DNA from: Ostrea edulis
Lineage: Eukaryota
Assembly: GCF_947568905.1 (NCBI RefSeq)
Contig: NC_079165.1
Location: forward strand, 86,118,001-86,182,000
Length of the DNA: 64,000 nucleotides
Reading direction: 5' to 3'
The translations under genes and the position numbers were made by a program. How positions within the stretch are numbered: position 1 is the stretch's first letter; each line of letters starts with the position of its first letter. The notes beneath the pieces are model-generated. The model did no database searches, was not told where the DNA came from, and saw nothing but the letters and a program-made list of their open reading frames with translations. Shown one piece after another: positions 36,072 to 49,625 of this stretch.

Positions 36072-36332
36072 GATCCGGGTTAGAATAGGCCCTCAGTACC
36101 CCTTACTTGTCGTAAGAGGCGACCAAATTGAGAAGTCATTCCGATGAGACCGGAAAAAACCCACCACGAGACCTTATGTCACAACTGGTGTGGTACGATA
36201 AAGACCACTCCCTGCTAAAAGGCCGTAAACGCCGAGCATAGACCTAAATTTTGCAGCCCTTTACCGGCAATGGTTACGTCTCCATATGAGTGAAATATTT
36301 CCGAGAGGGGCGTTAAACAATATTCAATCAAT
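36072..36332 (+). mobile_element. SINE (Meta-domain-like core)
   Basis: gatccgggttagaatagg...cttgtcgtaagaggcgac core; tail gagtgaaatatt...gttaaacaatattcaatc; second copy at 50891-51140. Confidence 0.7.
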
Positions 36333-36369
36333 TCTATAGAAAGTTCGGGATTATTAATGTTACCCTTTC

Positions 36370-36990
36370 ACACAACTGATTCGATACGTGAGAGCACATT
36401 CTGTATATGACAAAATTAAATCGAGACAGGTTACTGACAAATAAGTTGCTATCAAGTCTAATGCTGTCTCATGTGTGTCTGTCATAGCAATTGTTAGACA
36501 GTTCTATACAAACTAATTTGGACTACGGATTACTCCGTTTTTCTGATCAAGGTACAGGACTCACAACGGACCGGATGTGACCAATCAACAGGGGATACCT
36601 ACTCCCCCTGGGTACCTTATGCAACCTCTGGTGTTTCCAAGGATCCGTGTTAGCCCTACTCTTAATTTTGTATTCTCCATAAGATTTGTAATATTTATCA
36701 CTGTTCCTTGTCTTCGTTTTTGCATCCCCGTGAACTCGAAATAAAAGACACCACAGCGTTTCCCCATATAGCTTGATATTTTGATCTATTATTGAGCATA
36801 GGTGTCACTAAGTATTCAACGTCATGACAAACGGGATGGCTTCAGCTTCTCCATCGTCAACGTCACATATTTATGTAGCAATACTCCGACATCACCTGTG
36901 TATGATGCTTTTATCTCTCAGCTGATTCGATACACAATATCGTGTTCTGTGTCTGATCAAGTCTTAAATCAATTTATACCTAGCCTCATA
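36370..36990. mobile_element. Penelope-like fragments
   Basis: HDKRDGFSFSIVNVTYLCSN...SQLIRY remnant (ORF 36802-37134) plus tail pieces. Confidence 0.6.
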
Positions 36991-37089
36991 AAGATAATGG
37001 ATCATGGTCAACAGTGGATGATTAAACCTCCTAGACACCCCCTTCCACCTCTAATTTTTCGAGGAGCCCGTGTTCATGCAGGGGTAACA

Positions 37090-37710
37090 AATTTAAGAAT
37101 TTCGATGAAGTGTTCGTTGCTTATTATTTGTTGATGTCCAAGAGTAAAGCAATGTTTCGAAAATTACATTAATTTTAATGGTTTTGGCCCAACCCCTTAG
37201 GCTCTAGGGAGGCAGGATCCATTAAGTACACGGAATTTGCTTTCCTTCATTCATAAATGATATATTATAGGATTAAACATTCTTTTTGAAGAATTTCTCG
37301 ATGTGTAAACTCCGGACATTTTACTCACAAACTGAATAAATGTCCGGAGTTTACACATCGAGAAATTCTTCAAAAAGAATGTTTGATTCTTATAATTCCA
37401 ATTCATTCACTTTATTAAAAATTGCAAAAATTTGAATAGTTTCCCCGCACTATGTTATTTGTTTTCAGGCGTGTATAAATACATCGCGTTTTCGGATTTA
37501 TTGATGTATAAACTCTTGTTCAGCTTTATTTTTGTCCAATCAAAACAATTGTAATAAATAACATTGGAATTACACTAAATTAAGTTTAAATTGATTTAGC
37601 CATTCCAGAGAATACTAAGCAAATTGAAAATGTTCAAAAGTTTACCACCGACACCTGACGACGGACAAAAACAGATAGCAATATGTCACGACTCGGATGA
37701 CCTAAAACAC
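37090..37710. mobile_element. Helentron-type non-autonomous fragment with a nested hairpin element (~37266-37575)
   Basis: HINE-like end gacgacggacaaaaacagatagcaatatgtcacgactcggatgacct; 47-bp perfect inverted repeat at 37275-37321 / 37338-37384. Confidence 0.55.
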
Positions 37711-39386
37711 AATCTTCAAATTCGAAACAGAAGAATTCGAGATGCACAGACATATGAGCCGTTCCAAGCAACCCCCTCCCTTATGACGTTCACATAAATT
37801 TTACATCACAATGCATTTACGCGACGTCATTTTTCACGGAAGAAAATCCTCACAGACTACATGTGACGGCGAGTGAAAGTGGAATGTTACGATAAAATGG
37901 ACGAGCTTGAGGTAATGTTATCTACTGTGTTCCTTTACGGGAAAATATGTATGCAAAAATGAAAAACGGAAAATACAGTACATTTAAACAACGTAAAACA
38001 TCAACACAATCGGCGTGCGTTAATCTCGTTAAGTATGCCGCCCGATGTTCTCCATACATTATAACAACCTGTCGTATAAAACCTTTAAGGCTTATATTCG
38101 AAATTTCCATTTTTTGTTTCTTCTTGTATAATATTGATAACATTTAGAATAATAACATGAGGTAAACTATAGTTTCTCACTGTATCAACAAGATGCAGAC
38201 TAATCATTACTTTACAGCACTCCTATAGCAGTGTGTTGTTCTGTACTCAAATCTCAAATACCCGGGTTTTCATCCTGAAATTGTTGTAATTTCTGTTTCT
38301 CCAAGTAGAATATCCCATGTTTCCAATTCTAGTTAAATAATCCATGAGGTTGTTACAGATGTACTATGTATTTACTGTGAAAAGCGCATGCAAATTTAAA
38401 TCCGTTCAGATCGGAAAGTTTGTTGTCATCTGACGCCGGAGAAAAAAATGTATGGCGCGCTGTAGGAGAACAAAATACGTAAAGCATAGTTTAGATTGGG
38501 ATATTTTTTTTTACATCCTACTAGCCTCATTGCTGAAATAAGCTCTATTTTAGAATGTATTTTGATATTGAATTTAAATGATATTAATTTTGTTTTTTGT
38601 GCATGTAAATAATGATGGAAAAAAAATTGTGCGTGTTTTATTTATTCCATTGTCAACCAAAACATTTTTCAACATTCAAGCTTTATTATTACAATTTTCT
38701 TTTCGTATAGTTATACAATATTTCACAGAGTGCAACCTTGAACAGATCTATTAGACAATTCCTTTCTAGAAAAGAATAAAAATTGTTAATTATAAACACC
38801 CACATGATTTATCTTACTGTTTAATAGCAGTGCCACATACAGTTGGGAACTTTTTTGGATTTCAATTTGATATACTGGTTAAAGTTGTGCACAAAAGTAG
38901 AATACTTTTTTAAAAACTTCAAATCAATTAAAAGTGATTGTAAGGTTCTTTGATCCCCAGCCAGCTAAACTTAAAAAATATGAGCATACTTTCCCCTAGT
39001 GTTGTCTGTTCGTCATACTTTAAATATATATATTAAATGAAAACCAAAAGCAATTCTACTATGGTATCCAAACTTTTTATTAAGTTATAGCAGTATTGCA
39101 ACTAAGTTCTAATTTAAAAAATATAGAAAAGTAAGGAAATGTAGTTTAAATAAAATGGGCCGGATTCACCGTTTTACGAATGAGCTAAATACGCTGCAGA
39201 TAATTACCCAGTACTAAGAACACTATTATAATTCTACTCATAATTTTATATAAACGCCGAATTTTATTATGAAGAAAGAGTTTCCGAATTTAGAGATATC
39301 AAACCTTGCTGATGTTTTGGAATTGTTAATGAAATATATTTAGTATATATGTATTTTTGTTTTTAAATTGAATCGTAACAAATGAA

Positions 39387-40208
39387 ATGTGTGATCATGA
39401 TAGAATAAAGCTTGACGTTCTTCCCTTTACTTCATCGTTTCAGGAATTGAACAGGTTACTAGAGGAGCACTTTGGAACAAATCATGTCGCACCCCTCAAT
39501 TTAGATGAAGAAAACCCAGATTCAACTGACAGTGACTTAGATACCAGTAATGACATACCAGTAGCTCAAGAGGTCTCTAGTCTACCAGAAAAGGATATCG
39601 AGAAGCTGACATCAGGATGTGCTTGCGCCAAAAAATGTGTTGAAAGGTTAGACAGAAAGACTGTAGTAGAACATATCCAGAATGTAAGAGAACTTTCCAA
39701 GTGTGAAAAGGATATCTATATCATGGGAGCTCTCAAGGTTAACGGATCTACAGCAACAAAGAGTCAAAAGGAAATCAAGAGACATCGATTTTGTTATTGT
39801 TTCAATGGATCTGAAATTTGTGTCGCTGCTTTTCGAATCATTTATGATATTGGTGAGGACATGCTGAAGAACATTGCGAAACATGTTTTGAACAATGGCA
39901 TCACACCCCGCATTCATGGAAATACTGGAAAAAGAGCCCCAAATGCTTTTGATTTTGAAGAATATAAACGAGTAAAAACCTTTATTACTACTTATGCAGA
40001 TGACTACGGGCTTCCACAACCTGCTGCACCACGAGGGAGAGATGAGGATCCACCTACATACCAGCTGCCAGCTTCACACTTAAAGAAACATGTTTATGAG
40101 CTATACAAAGCAGCACCACATGATACATTTGTGGGTTTATCAGTTTTTTACGATATTTGGAAAAAACTTTGTCCCTCACATCAAAATCAGCATACTTTGT
40201 CAAAATAG
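39387..40208 (+). pseudogene. 3'-truncated transposase-like ORF (possibly Sola-type N-terminal half)
   Basis: CxCxxxC (GCACAKKC), YCFNGSEICVAAFRIIYDIG, PRIHGNTGKRAP, FYDIWKKLCP then abrupt end; no DDE region seen; family assignment from memory of motif pattern. Confidence 0.5.
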
Positions 40209-40444
40209 ATCACGTTCCGTTACAGCATCGATTTCTAATAAATCACACCCCTCGTCATCTTCGGAATATTGTCGTTATCGCGTTATCGAATGAGCTGTAG
40301 AGAAAAATATACAGAAAACAAATACACGCATATTTAGACTTTAGGAGAAGGTAAAATACTACAAATTTAGACAAATAAGAAAATCCTGGTTTTTTTCTAT
40401 AAATGCTTGTCCGAGTATCTGTCTGTCACTTGCATGTAAATGGA

Positions 40445-40605
40445 AAATACTTTTAGTTGGTTGTTTGTTTTACGTCCAGTCGAGAATATTTTACTCATAT
40501 CAAGAGTCATCAGCTGTATGTGAAGTACCACAATTTTTGAAATTGACATTGCGGTCAGGGCCGCAGCAGTGAGGATTTGTTAATGTGCCAACGCCTGCCA
40601 TGACC
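40445..40605 (-). mobile_element. SINE 3' fragment
   Basis: Reverse complement resembles 53600-53760 and ends in gtaaaacaaacaacc. Confidence 0.6.
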
Positions 40606-41589
40606 GGTAGAACAAGCTTGTGTGTATTGAATCTGTTAAGATACATAAACACCATATGCAGGCGATAATGGAAAATTGCTACATAAATATGGGAGGTTGA
40701 CGACGGAGAAGCTGAAATAATCCCGCTTGTCATATAGGTGAGTTATTAGTTTGCCGTTAACTTCCATGTTCAATAAATTACCTAAGTTCGAAGCAGATGT
40801 GGAAGACGGTGTGGTGTATTTAATTTCGAGTTCACTGGGGCATATATAATCGACATATGAATGAAATTGATTATTGTTAATAAGATTTAACCACTTGAGG
40901 TTAAATCCATTTATCAAAGGGAAACGTATATTGATTTGCTGTTCGTTCATGATTCTATACATTCTGAGATTATTTGATTTTGTATCTACTTGTTTTCCCT
41001 CGTTCTGCTACATTGACGATAACAAGTCGTTACCGGGGTTTTTAGTGCTGCCCGTAACTGTCAGGCTGTTAGCTCCTATGACGTCATATTGTGCTTTCGT
41101 CACATTCATCTGGAAAAAATTTACCCTCCCTCCCATATCCCCTCTTTCTCGGGGGGGGGGGGGGGGGGGGGGGTCTGACACTTTAATAGTCGTGTACATA
41201 ATTTTGTAGACTGGTCGATGATTATCATTCTGTTTGATTACATGTATTTCTTTCCTACAGGTACTGCTGTTTCGTTTACTTTTGATTTATATTACAGGTC
41301 AAGTCAAACCGGAATGTTTTCATCAATGACTCCAAATCGTCATGGCTGCTGACAACGTTTCCATATGTTGACAGCATTTTGGCTTACCAGTAGTGCTTCT
41401 ATCTTAACTTTACACGAATTAACATTTTCAATTTTCTATTATGGATTAGGTGAGCAAGCAATCTGAGCATCTGCTCCCAGGGTTAAAATATTTTGCTTGT
41501 TTTTAGGGATGCTCTCTAAGGCAAGAATTGATGCCTAGCTCCCACATTTATAAGCAGCCATGGCCAATCATCGCCAATAAACTTACAAA

Positions 41590-42300
41590 ATATAAGTTGC
41601 GTAGTCATCATTGCATTGGGTGATTCCCCATATTTATTTTCTGCATTTCATCTTTGATAATAGATAAAACCTCGTCGATATACGTGCATATGTTTCTAAA
41701 TGTTGAGTTGAAGTCCACACCAAGATATTTTTTCTTTTCACGTGGAAACTTTTGAATAAATTTTGCCTTATAACAATATGAAAACAGGTCAGTAACAAAA
41801 GAACACAATTCGTGCCCATTGGAATTCCAAAGGACTGTTGGAAAACCCAAGACTACGAAGACATCGTCAATACAAAATAGAGAGTCGAGCAAACACACAG
41901 ATATACCAGAGGTGGGATCAGGTGTCCAGGAGGAGTAAGAATCCCCTGTCGACCGGTCACACCCGCCGTGAGCCCTATATCTTGATCAGATAAACAGAGT
42001 TATCCGTTGTCAAAATTAGTGTGTCAAGAACGGCCTAACAATCGGCATGAAACACGTCAGACAGCATTTGACCCAATAATAGGTTGTATTAGCAATCTAG
42101 ATCGTTAAAACGACCATAGAATTTGCGAAATGCTGATTTTAAACGAGACTGTTGGAACCCCTGCACCATCAACTTGCTTGTCAGTAGCCTACTTCGATTT
42201 AAAAACTGACCATACGTAGAACAAGCTCTTGCCTAACGAATCAGTTGAGAGATGCAAACAGCATATGCAGGTGATACTGGAATATTGCTACATAAATAAG
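41590..42300 (-). mobile_element. Penelope-like fragment
   Basis: Minus-strand RT remnant (STFRNICTYIDEVLSII) and the shared tail ccagaggtgggatcagg...gaccggtcacacccgccgtgagcc. Confidence 0.6.
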
Positions 42301-42309
42301 GGAAAATAC

Positions 42310-42790
42310 TATGATATGATCATTTTTGATAATCTTTGACGTTGACCTTTTATGTAAAGGTCAAATAATAGAATCTTGGGTTAGACCTTTGATATTTGGT
42401 GTACTATGATAAGCCAATCTAATTATATCGTGGAGGAGCGGATATACAAGTCTAATTTTAATTAGATTGTATGATAAGCTTGAGCGTTTCGCGTGCCATT
42501 TTATGACATTTGGCCTTGACCTTTTATGTGAAGGTCAAATAATTTTTTTCATCCATTTTTGTTGTCCGGATCTTAACGTTTTTGTCTTTTGACATTAGGG
42601 ACTGCCTTTGATGTTTGGTATGTGGGTACACCATGACAAGAAAGTGTGTCATGTGCCATTTTTTATTACCCTTGACCTTGATCTTTTATGTAAAGGTCAA
42701 AAATAGAATTTTTGAAGAATGCTTTTGTCCGGATCATAATTGTTTTTGTACATTTGACAGGCCTTTGATATTGGTATGATTGCAAGTTTA
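42310..42790. repeat. Degenerate Helentron-type internal tandem repeats
   Basis: About 3 copies of gaccttgaccttttatgt(g/a)aaggtcaaa. Confidence 0.55.
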
Positions 42791-44256
42791 ATTTACTATC
42801 ATATAATCACAACATTGTTGCTTGTTTGAAGCTCATATTTATATAGGCGAATGTTATGTACCGCAAGTCTTAATTATACACTTTAAAGACGATCCCTAAA
42901 AATGTTTTTAAAAACCATGGAAATTGGAAGGGGGACATCAATTATAGTGTGCTTGAACAGTTCTTTCTAGTTTTGACTAACTTTCTCTTGTTCATATTTA
43001 CCTTTAGCGCTTGCTATAATTTTATTTTATGGCCTGAATTTCCAAACTTGTTTTTACTACTTAAAGTAATAGTGATGGCACTATTCGCTCAGTTTTAAAA
43101 TTACCCATTTAAAGGATGAAAGTGAAAATAGACGAAAATAAAACTGGTGCTCCATATACTCTAAAGACGTCCCTCAGAATCAAAAGGGTAGGCTTATGCA
43201 TACATTGCACGCTGCCCGGGACTATATTAAAGTAAGTATACTTCGAAAGTTGTATATTCCCCCAAATTAGTCAAGTACGTTTTAAGTATTAGATAATATC
43301 TATCTTCAATGTTAATGAACTATATCAATCAGTACACAATATTTGCATGTTGTTGTCAATGCAATTTATGGTGAAAAAAAATATTTATTAACAGTGGCAT
43401 GTAAAGTTGGTAAATATGTATTAAAACGAGCCGATAAAAAGTTTACTTTGAAATTTTCAATATCTTTTTTTTTTTTTTTATATCGAATGACCTAATTTGT
43501 GACTTAATGAAGGCGATGACGTGATATTTAGGGTCCTTTGATAAAATCGAAGTCTGTAGAAATCTAATTATCACCACTAACGAAGTTCATCAGGGATAAA
43601 TACTTTATAAATCAATTAAAGCTCAGCTTCATTTATTCTCTTCTCAATATCAGATACCATTAATATCCACTGTACGGAACATTTGATGTGAGAATAAGAA
43701 ATAGCCCGGGTCAATAACACATTGTCAAGCTATCTTTCCCTTTGAATATAATTTCTGAAGTATTTGCCAATGTTTAGGACAAATATTGAACCCAAGAAAC
43801 AAAGATTTTAAAGACAAAGAATAATAATCATTGTGTTGCACACAACTGGTCAACTACATTGACGTTATCAAAGGAAAATAGAAGAAAGCTAATTAGCTCA
43901 ATACGTCAGTTTTGATGAGAAGCTTCTTCGCTGGGACAATTGGTAATGAACACGATACAGAAAATCAAGTTTTGCAAATTCTAACATTCTTAGGAAAAAT
44001 CTTGAATTACCTACAATGAAACCAAACAAAATTGATTCTTTCTACTTGACAAAAATTATGACAATTGTTTAATCTTTTTGACATGCAAAATAAAGAACAG
44101 ACAAACACAAGGGTAGTTTAAAAGTAATCCCTTTCTCGTCCTTTAAGAGGATAAGTACCTAAAGTATTCATTCATTTCTAAATCACATAGAAAGCGAACA
44201 CAAGGCACCTACCCTCTGTGGAAGATTTCAAAACCCCATTTAGTCTGAGTTCGAGG

Positions 44257-45348
44257 ATGAATAGTCTGGTAGTTTTTCTTCTGTGCTGTGTACCTGTGGC
44301 TCTGTGTTACAGCATAGCTCAGGAAACCCAGCTTCACACGGATTTATTTACGGGCTATCAGAAGGCAATACGCCCCGGGGCAGACCGAACGAAAGCGTTG
44401 TCCATCACAGTGGACTTTTGGTTAATTAGCTTAAAGGAATTTAGTGAAGAAGATAGCAAACTTGCCGTTATTGGAGCTTTTAAGTTCTCATGGGAGGATA
44501 ATCGCTTGATATGGGATAAAAGATTGTATAGCGGTGATCTGCAGGATACATCGGTTCTACAGGAGACTATTTGGGTTTCACTAACATCATCAATCTGAAC
44601 TGTTTTGACAACATGAATCCATTGGACTCTAACTCAATGAGTGTCAGAGTTTATGGCAGTGGTCTTGTCTTGTGGCTTCCTCCTCTTCTCGTTGAGAGTA
44701 CTTGTGAGGCCGACGTGACGTATTATCCGTTTGGTTCTCAAACCTGCGTCATCCGGTACTAACCACCGGATCTGAATCTCTCCCCCCGGGTCCTCTGAGG
44801 TTGACCTCATGCAATATGAGCAGAATAATCTTTGGGACATTACACGCCCCAGCCTTTCCACTATGGTTAACTCCTATGGTTTTCAAGAACTCCATATACA
44901 GCTCCAAATGAAAAGACGTTCCAGTTACTACATCGCCGGCCTTATTTTGCCGATTTGTCTGATGAGTTTTCTGCAGGTCATGGTCTACATCCTCCCTGAA
45001 GAATCTGGAGAACGAATCGGTTTCTCCATCACCGTGCTGTTGGTTGTATCAGTTTTCCTTACTATTATCCAGGAAAATCTCCCAGAAGCTTCTGAACCAA
45101 GCGTCTCTCTTTTAGCATATAAACTCTTAGGTGACGTCCTTACAGGAGCTTTAATTACAACATCAGCTATATTTGGTTCCGTTGTAACCGAAAAATCACC
45201 ACCAGAGGACGCTGTGAATGACTCCGATGATGACGTCATTTCCTGGAGTGATGTAGGAAAGTGTTATGATAAATGCTGTATTTCCTTCTTTACGTTATGT
45301 CTTGCTATGAATAACATTGTCCTCATGATAATAATCAGTATACGTTAA
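44257..45348 (+). pseudogene. Divergent single-exon nAChR-like pseudogene (gene C)
   Basis: Signal peptide; Cys loop CEADVTYYPFGSQTC; ESGERIGFSITVLL; frameshift near 44580, TAA at 44760-44762, second frameshift near the C run at 44782-44787. Confidence 0.88.
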
Positions 45349-45450
45349 AACGATTCGACACGTGAGAAATTATATCTAAATGATTTGATTGAAAATTTAA
45401 ACACATGAGAAAAGGCGATAAACGAAAAATAATAAGGCTCATTCAATTCA

Positions 45451-45667
45451 TAGCGTACTTTACATTCCAATAGACAAAGAGAGGATAGCGTACTTTATAT
45501 TCCAATAGACAGAGAGGATACCTTACTTTATATTCCAATAGACAGAGAGAGGATATCGTACGGTCACTACTTTAAATTCCAATAAACAGGGAGGATAGCG
45601 TACTTTATATTCCAATAGACAGAGAGGACATCTTACTTTATATTCCAATAGACAGAGAGGATAAATG

Positions 45668-45714
<47 letters not shown>

Positions 45715-46822
45715 GCTGACTTTATATTCCAATAGACAGAGAGAGGATAACTGACTTTATATTCCAATATACAGAGAGGATATTTTGCTTTATATTTCAA
45801 TAGACAGAGATAATAGGTTTATATTCCAATAGACAGAGAGAGGATAGTTTAATTTATATTCCAATAGACAGAGAGAGAATATCGTACTTTATATTCCAAT
45901 AGACAGAGAGAGAATTGCTTAGTTTATATACCAATAGACAGAGAGAGAGAATTGATTACTTTATATTCCAATAGTCAGAGAGAATAGAGTACTTTATGTT
46001 CCAATAGTCAGAGAGAGAATAACGTACTTTTGATTACGATAGGCAGAGAGGATATGGTACTTTATATTCCAATAGACATAGAGGATATCTTACTTTATAT
46101 TCCAATAGACAGAGAGGATATCTTACTTTATATTTCAATAGACAGAGAGGATAGCTTTATATTCCAATAGACATAGAGAGAGGATAGTTTACTTTATATT
46201 CCAATAGACAGAGAGAGAGAGAGAGGATAACTGACTTTATATTCCAATAGACAGATAGAGGATAGCGCACTTTATATTCCAATAGACAGAGAGGATATCT
46301 TACTTTATATTCCAATAGACAGAGAGGATATCTTACTTTATATTTCAATAGACAGAGAGGATAGCTTTATATTCCAATAGACAGAGAGAGGGGGTAGTTT
46401 ACTTTATATTCCAATAGACAGAGAGAGAGAGAGAGGATAGCTGATTTTATATTCCAATAGACAAAGAGGGGATAACTGACTTTATATTCCAATAGTCAGA
46501 GAGAGAGAAGATAGTTGACTTTATATTCCAATAGACAGAGAGAGAGAGGATAGCTGACTTTATATTCCAATAGACAGAGAGGATAGCTGACTTTATATCC
46601 AATAGACAGAGAGAGGATAGCTGACTTTATATCCAATAGACAGAGAGTTGATAGCTGACTTTATATTCCAATAGTCTGAGAGGATAGCTTACTTTATATC
46701 CAATAGGCAGAGAGAGGATATCGTACTTTATATTCCAATAGTCAGAGAGGATAGCTGACTTTATATTTCAATAGACAAAGAGGATAGTTTTACATTCCAA
46801 TAGACAGAGAGAGAGAGAGAGA

Positions 46823-46869
<47 letters not shown>

Positions 46870-49049
46870 ACTGACTTTATATTCCAATAGACAGAGAGAG
46901 GATAGCTGACTTTATATTCCAATAGACAGAGAGAGGATAACTGACTTTATATTCCAATAGTCAGAGAGAATAGAGTACTTTATGTTCCAGTAGACAGAGA
47001 GAATAGCGTACTTTATGTTCCAATAGTCAGAGAGAGAATAGCCTACTTCATATTCCAATAGACAGAGAGAGGATAGCGTACTTTATATTCCAATAGTCAG
47101 AGAGGATAGCGTACTTTATATTCCAATAGACAGAGAGAATAGCTTACTTTATGCCCCAATAATCAGAGAGAGAATAGCCTACTTTATATTCCAATAAACA
47201 GAGAGAGGATAGCGTACTTTATATTCCAATAGTCAGAGAGGATAGCGTACTTTATATTCCAATAGACAGAGAGAAGATATCGTACTTTATATCCAATAGA
47301 CAAAGAGAGAATAACTGACATTATATTCCAATAGACAGAGATAATAACTTATTGTATATTCCAATCGACAAACAGAATAGCTTACTTTATATTCCAATAG
47401 ACAGAGATAGGATGGCATACTTTATATTCCAATAGACAGAGAGGATACGTTACTTTACAGTCCAATAGACAGAGAGAGAATAGCTTACTTTATATTCCAA
47501 TAGACAGAGAGAGAATAGCGTACTTTATAATCCAATAGTCAGAGAGGATATCATACTTTATATTCCAAAGGACAGAGAGAGGATAGCTGACTTTATATTC
47601 CAATAGACAGAGATGATAGCTGACTTTACATTCCAATAGACAGAGAGGATACCTTACCTTATATTCCAATAGACAGAGCGAGAGAGAGAGAATAGCGTAC
47701 TTTATATTCCAATAGACAGAGAGAATAGCTTACTTTATATTCCAATAGTTAGAGAGAGAATAGCGTACTTTATATTCAAAAAGACAGAGAGATGATATCG
47801 TACTTTATATTCCAATAGACAGAGATATAATTGTTGACTTCACATTCCAATAGACAAAGAGGATATCGTACTTTATATTCCAATAGAGAGAGGGGGGATA
47901 GCGTACTCTATATCCAATAGAGAAAGAGAAAAAATAGCGTATTTTTTATTCCAATAGACAGAGAGAATAGCTAACTTTATATTCCAATAGTCAGAGAGAG
48001 AATAGCGTACTTTATATTCCAAGAGACAGAGTGAGGATAGCTTACTTTATATTCCAATAGAAGGAAAGGATAGCGTACTTTATATTCCAATAGACAGAGA
48101 GACGATATCGTACTTTATACTCCAATAGACAGAGAGGATAGCTGACTTTATATTCCAATAGACACAGAGATAATAACGTACTTTATATTCGAATAGACAG
48201 AGGATACCTTACTTTATATTCCAATAGACAGAGGATACCTTACTTTATATTCCAATAGACAGAGATGATAGCTCACTTTACTTTCCAATAGACAGATAGG
48301 ATATCGTACTTTATATTCCAATAGAGAGAGAGAGAAAGAGAATATCGTACTTTATATTCCAATAGTCAGAGAGAATAGCGTACTTTATATTCAAATAGAG
48401 AGATGATATCGTACTTTATATTCCAATAGACAGAGAGAGAATAACGTACTTTATATTCCAATAGAGAGAGGGGATACCTTAATTTATAATTCAATAGACA
48501 GAGAGGATAGCTGACTTTACATTCCAATAGACAGAGAGGATATCGTACTTTATATTCCAATAGACAGAGGGAGAGAAAAGCGTACGTTATATTCCAATAG
48601 ACAGAGAAAGAATAGCGTACTTTATATTCCAATAGACAGAGAGAAGATAGCGTACGTTATATTCCAATAGACAGAGAGAAGATAGCGTACTTTATATTCC
48701 AATAGACAGAGAGAGAGAGAATAGAGTATTTTATATTCCAATAGACAGAGAGAAGATAGCGTACGTTATATTCCAATAGACAGAGAGAAGATAGCGTACG
48801 TTATATTCCAATAGACAGAGAGAAGATAGCGTACGTTATATTCCAATAGACAGAGAGAAGATAGCGTACTTAATATTCCAATAGACAGAGAAAATAGCTT
48901 ACTTTATATTCCAATAGACAGGGAGGATAGCTGACTTTATATTCCAATAGACAGAGAGAGAATAGCTGACTTTATATTCCAGTTGACAGAGAGGATAGCT
49001 GACTTTACATTGCAATAGACAGAGAGAGGATATCTTACTTTATATTCCA

Positions 49050-49110
<61 letters not shown>

Positions 49111-49400
49111 CGTACTTTATATTCCAATAGACAGAGATAATAGCTTACTTTATATCCCAATATTCAAGTAGATAGAGAGATGATATCGTACTTTATATTC
49201 CAATAGACAGAGAGAGAATAGCGTACTTTGTATTTTCCTGACTCATTTGTAATAAACAGAGAGAATAGCTTTATATTCCAAAAGACAGAGAGAGTAACTT
49301 ACTTTATATTCCAATAGACAGAGAGAGTAGCTTACTTTATGTTCCAATAGACAGAGAGAGGATAGCGTACTTTATATTCCAATAGTCAGAGAGGATAGCT
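45451..49400. repeat. Minisatellite, ~30-34-bp unit, ~4 kb, with embedded (GA)n expansions
   Basis: Same unit as 261-1358; long (GA)n runs near 45672, 46803 and 49053. Confidence 0.95.
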
Positions 49401-49625
49401 TGTTTTGTGATGCATATTTTATTCAGAGGTGTGAAATCACAGGAAAAAAAAAATTACGAATGAGATTTGTATAAAATTAAACTCATTTCCAGCGCACTGA
49501 ATAGAAAATGGAAAGTTCACTTGCATTTTATCTCCGTCAACATGTCAATTGATGATACATAAACACGAGAATTAGCTATTAAAATGCATGTTTGTTGACC
49601 CTCAAACTAATTATGTCAGTATGCT

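Noticed and set aside
41151-41173. Poly-G run as a functional G-quadruplex
   Set aside because: Isolated homopolymer with no supporting context; length is unreliable in assemblies
45523-48632. Minus-strand ORFs reading (CLLEYKVRYPL)n
   Set aside because: Translations of the minisatellite, short and constantly frameshifted
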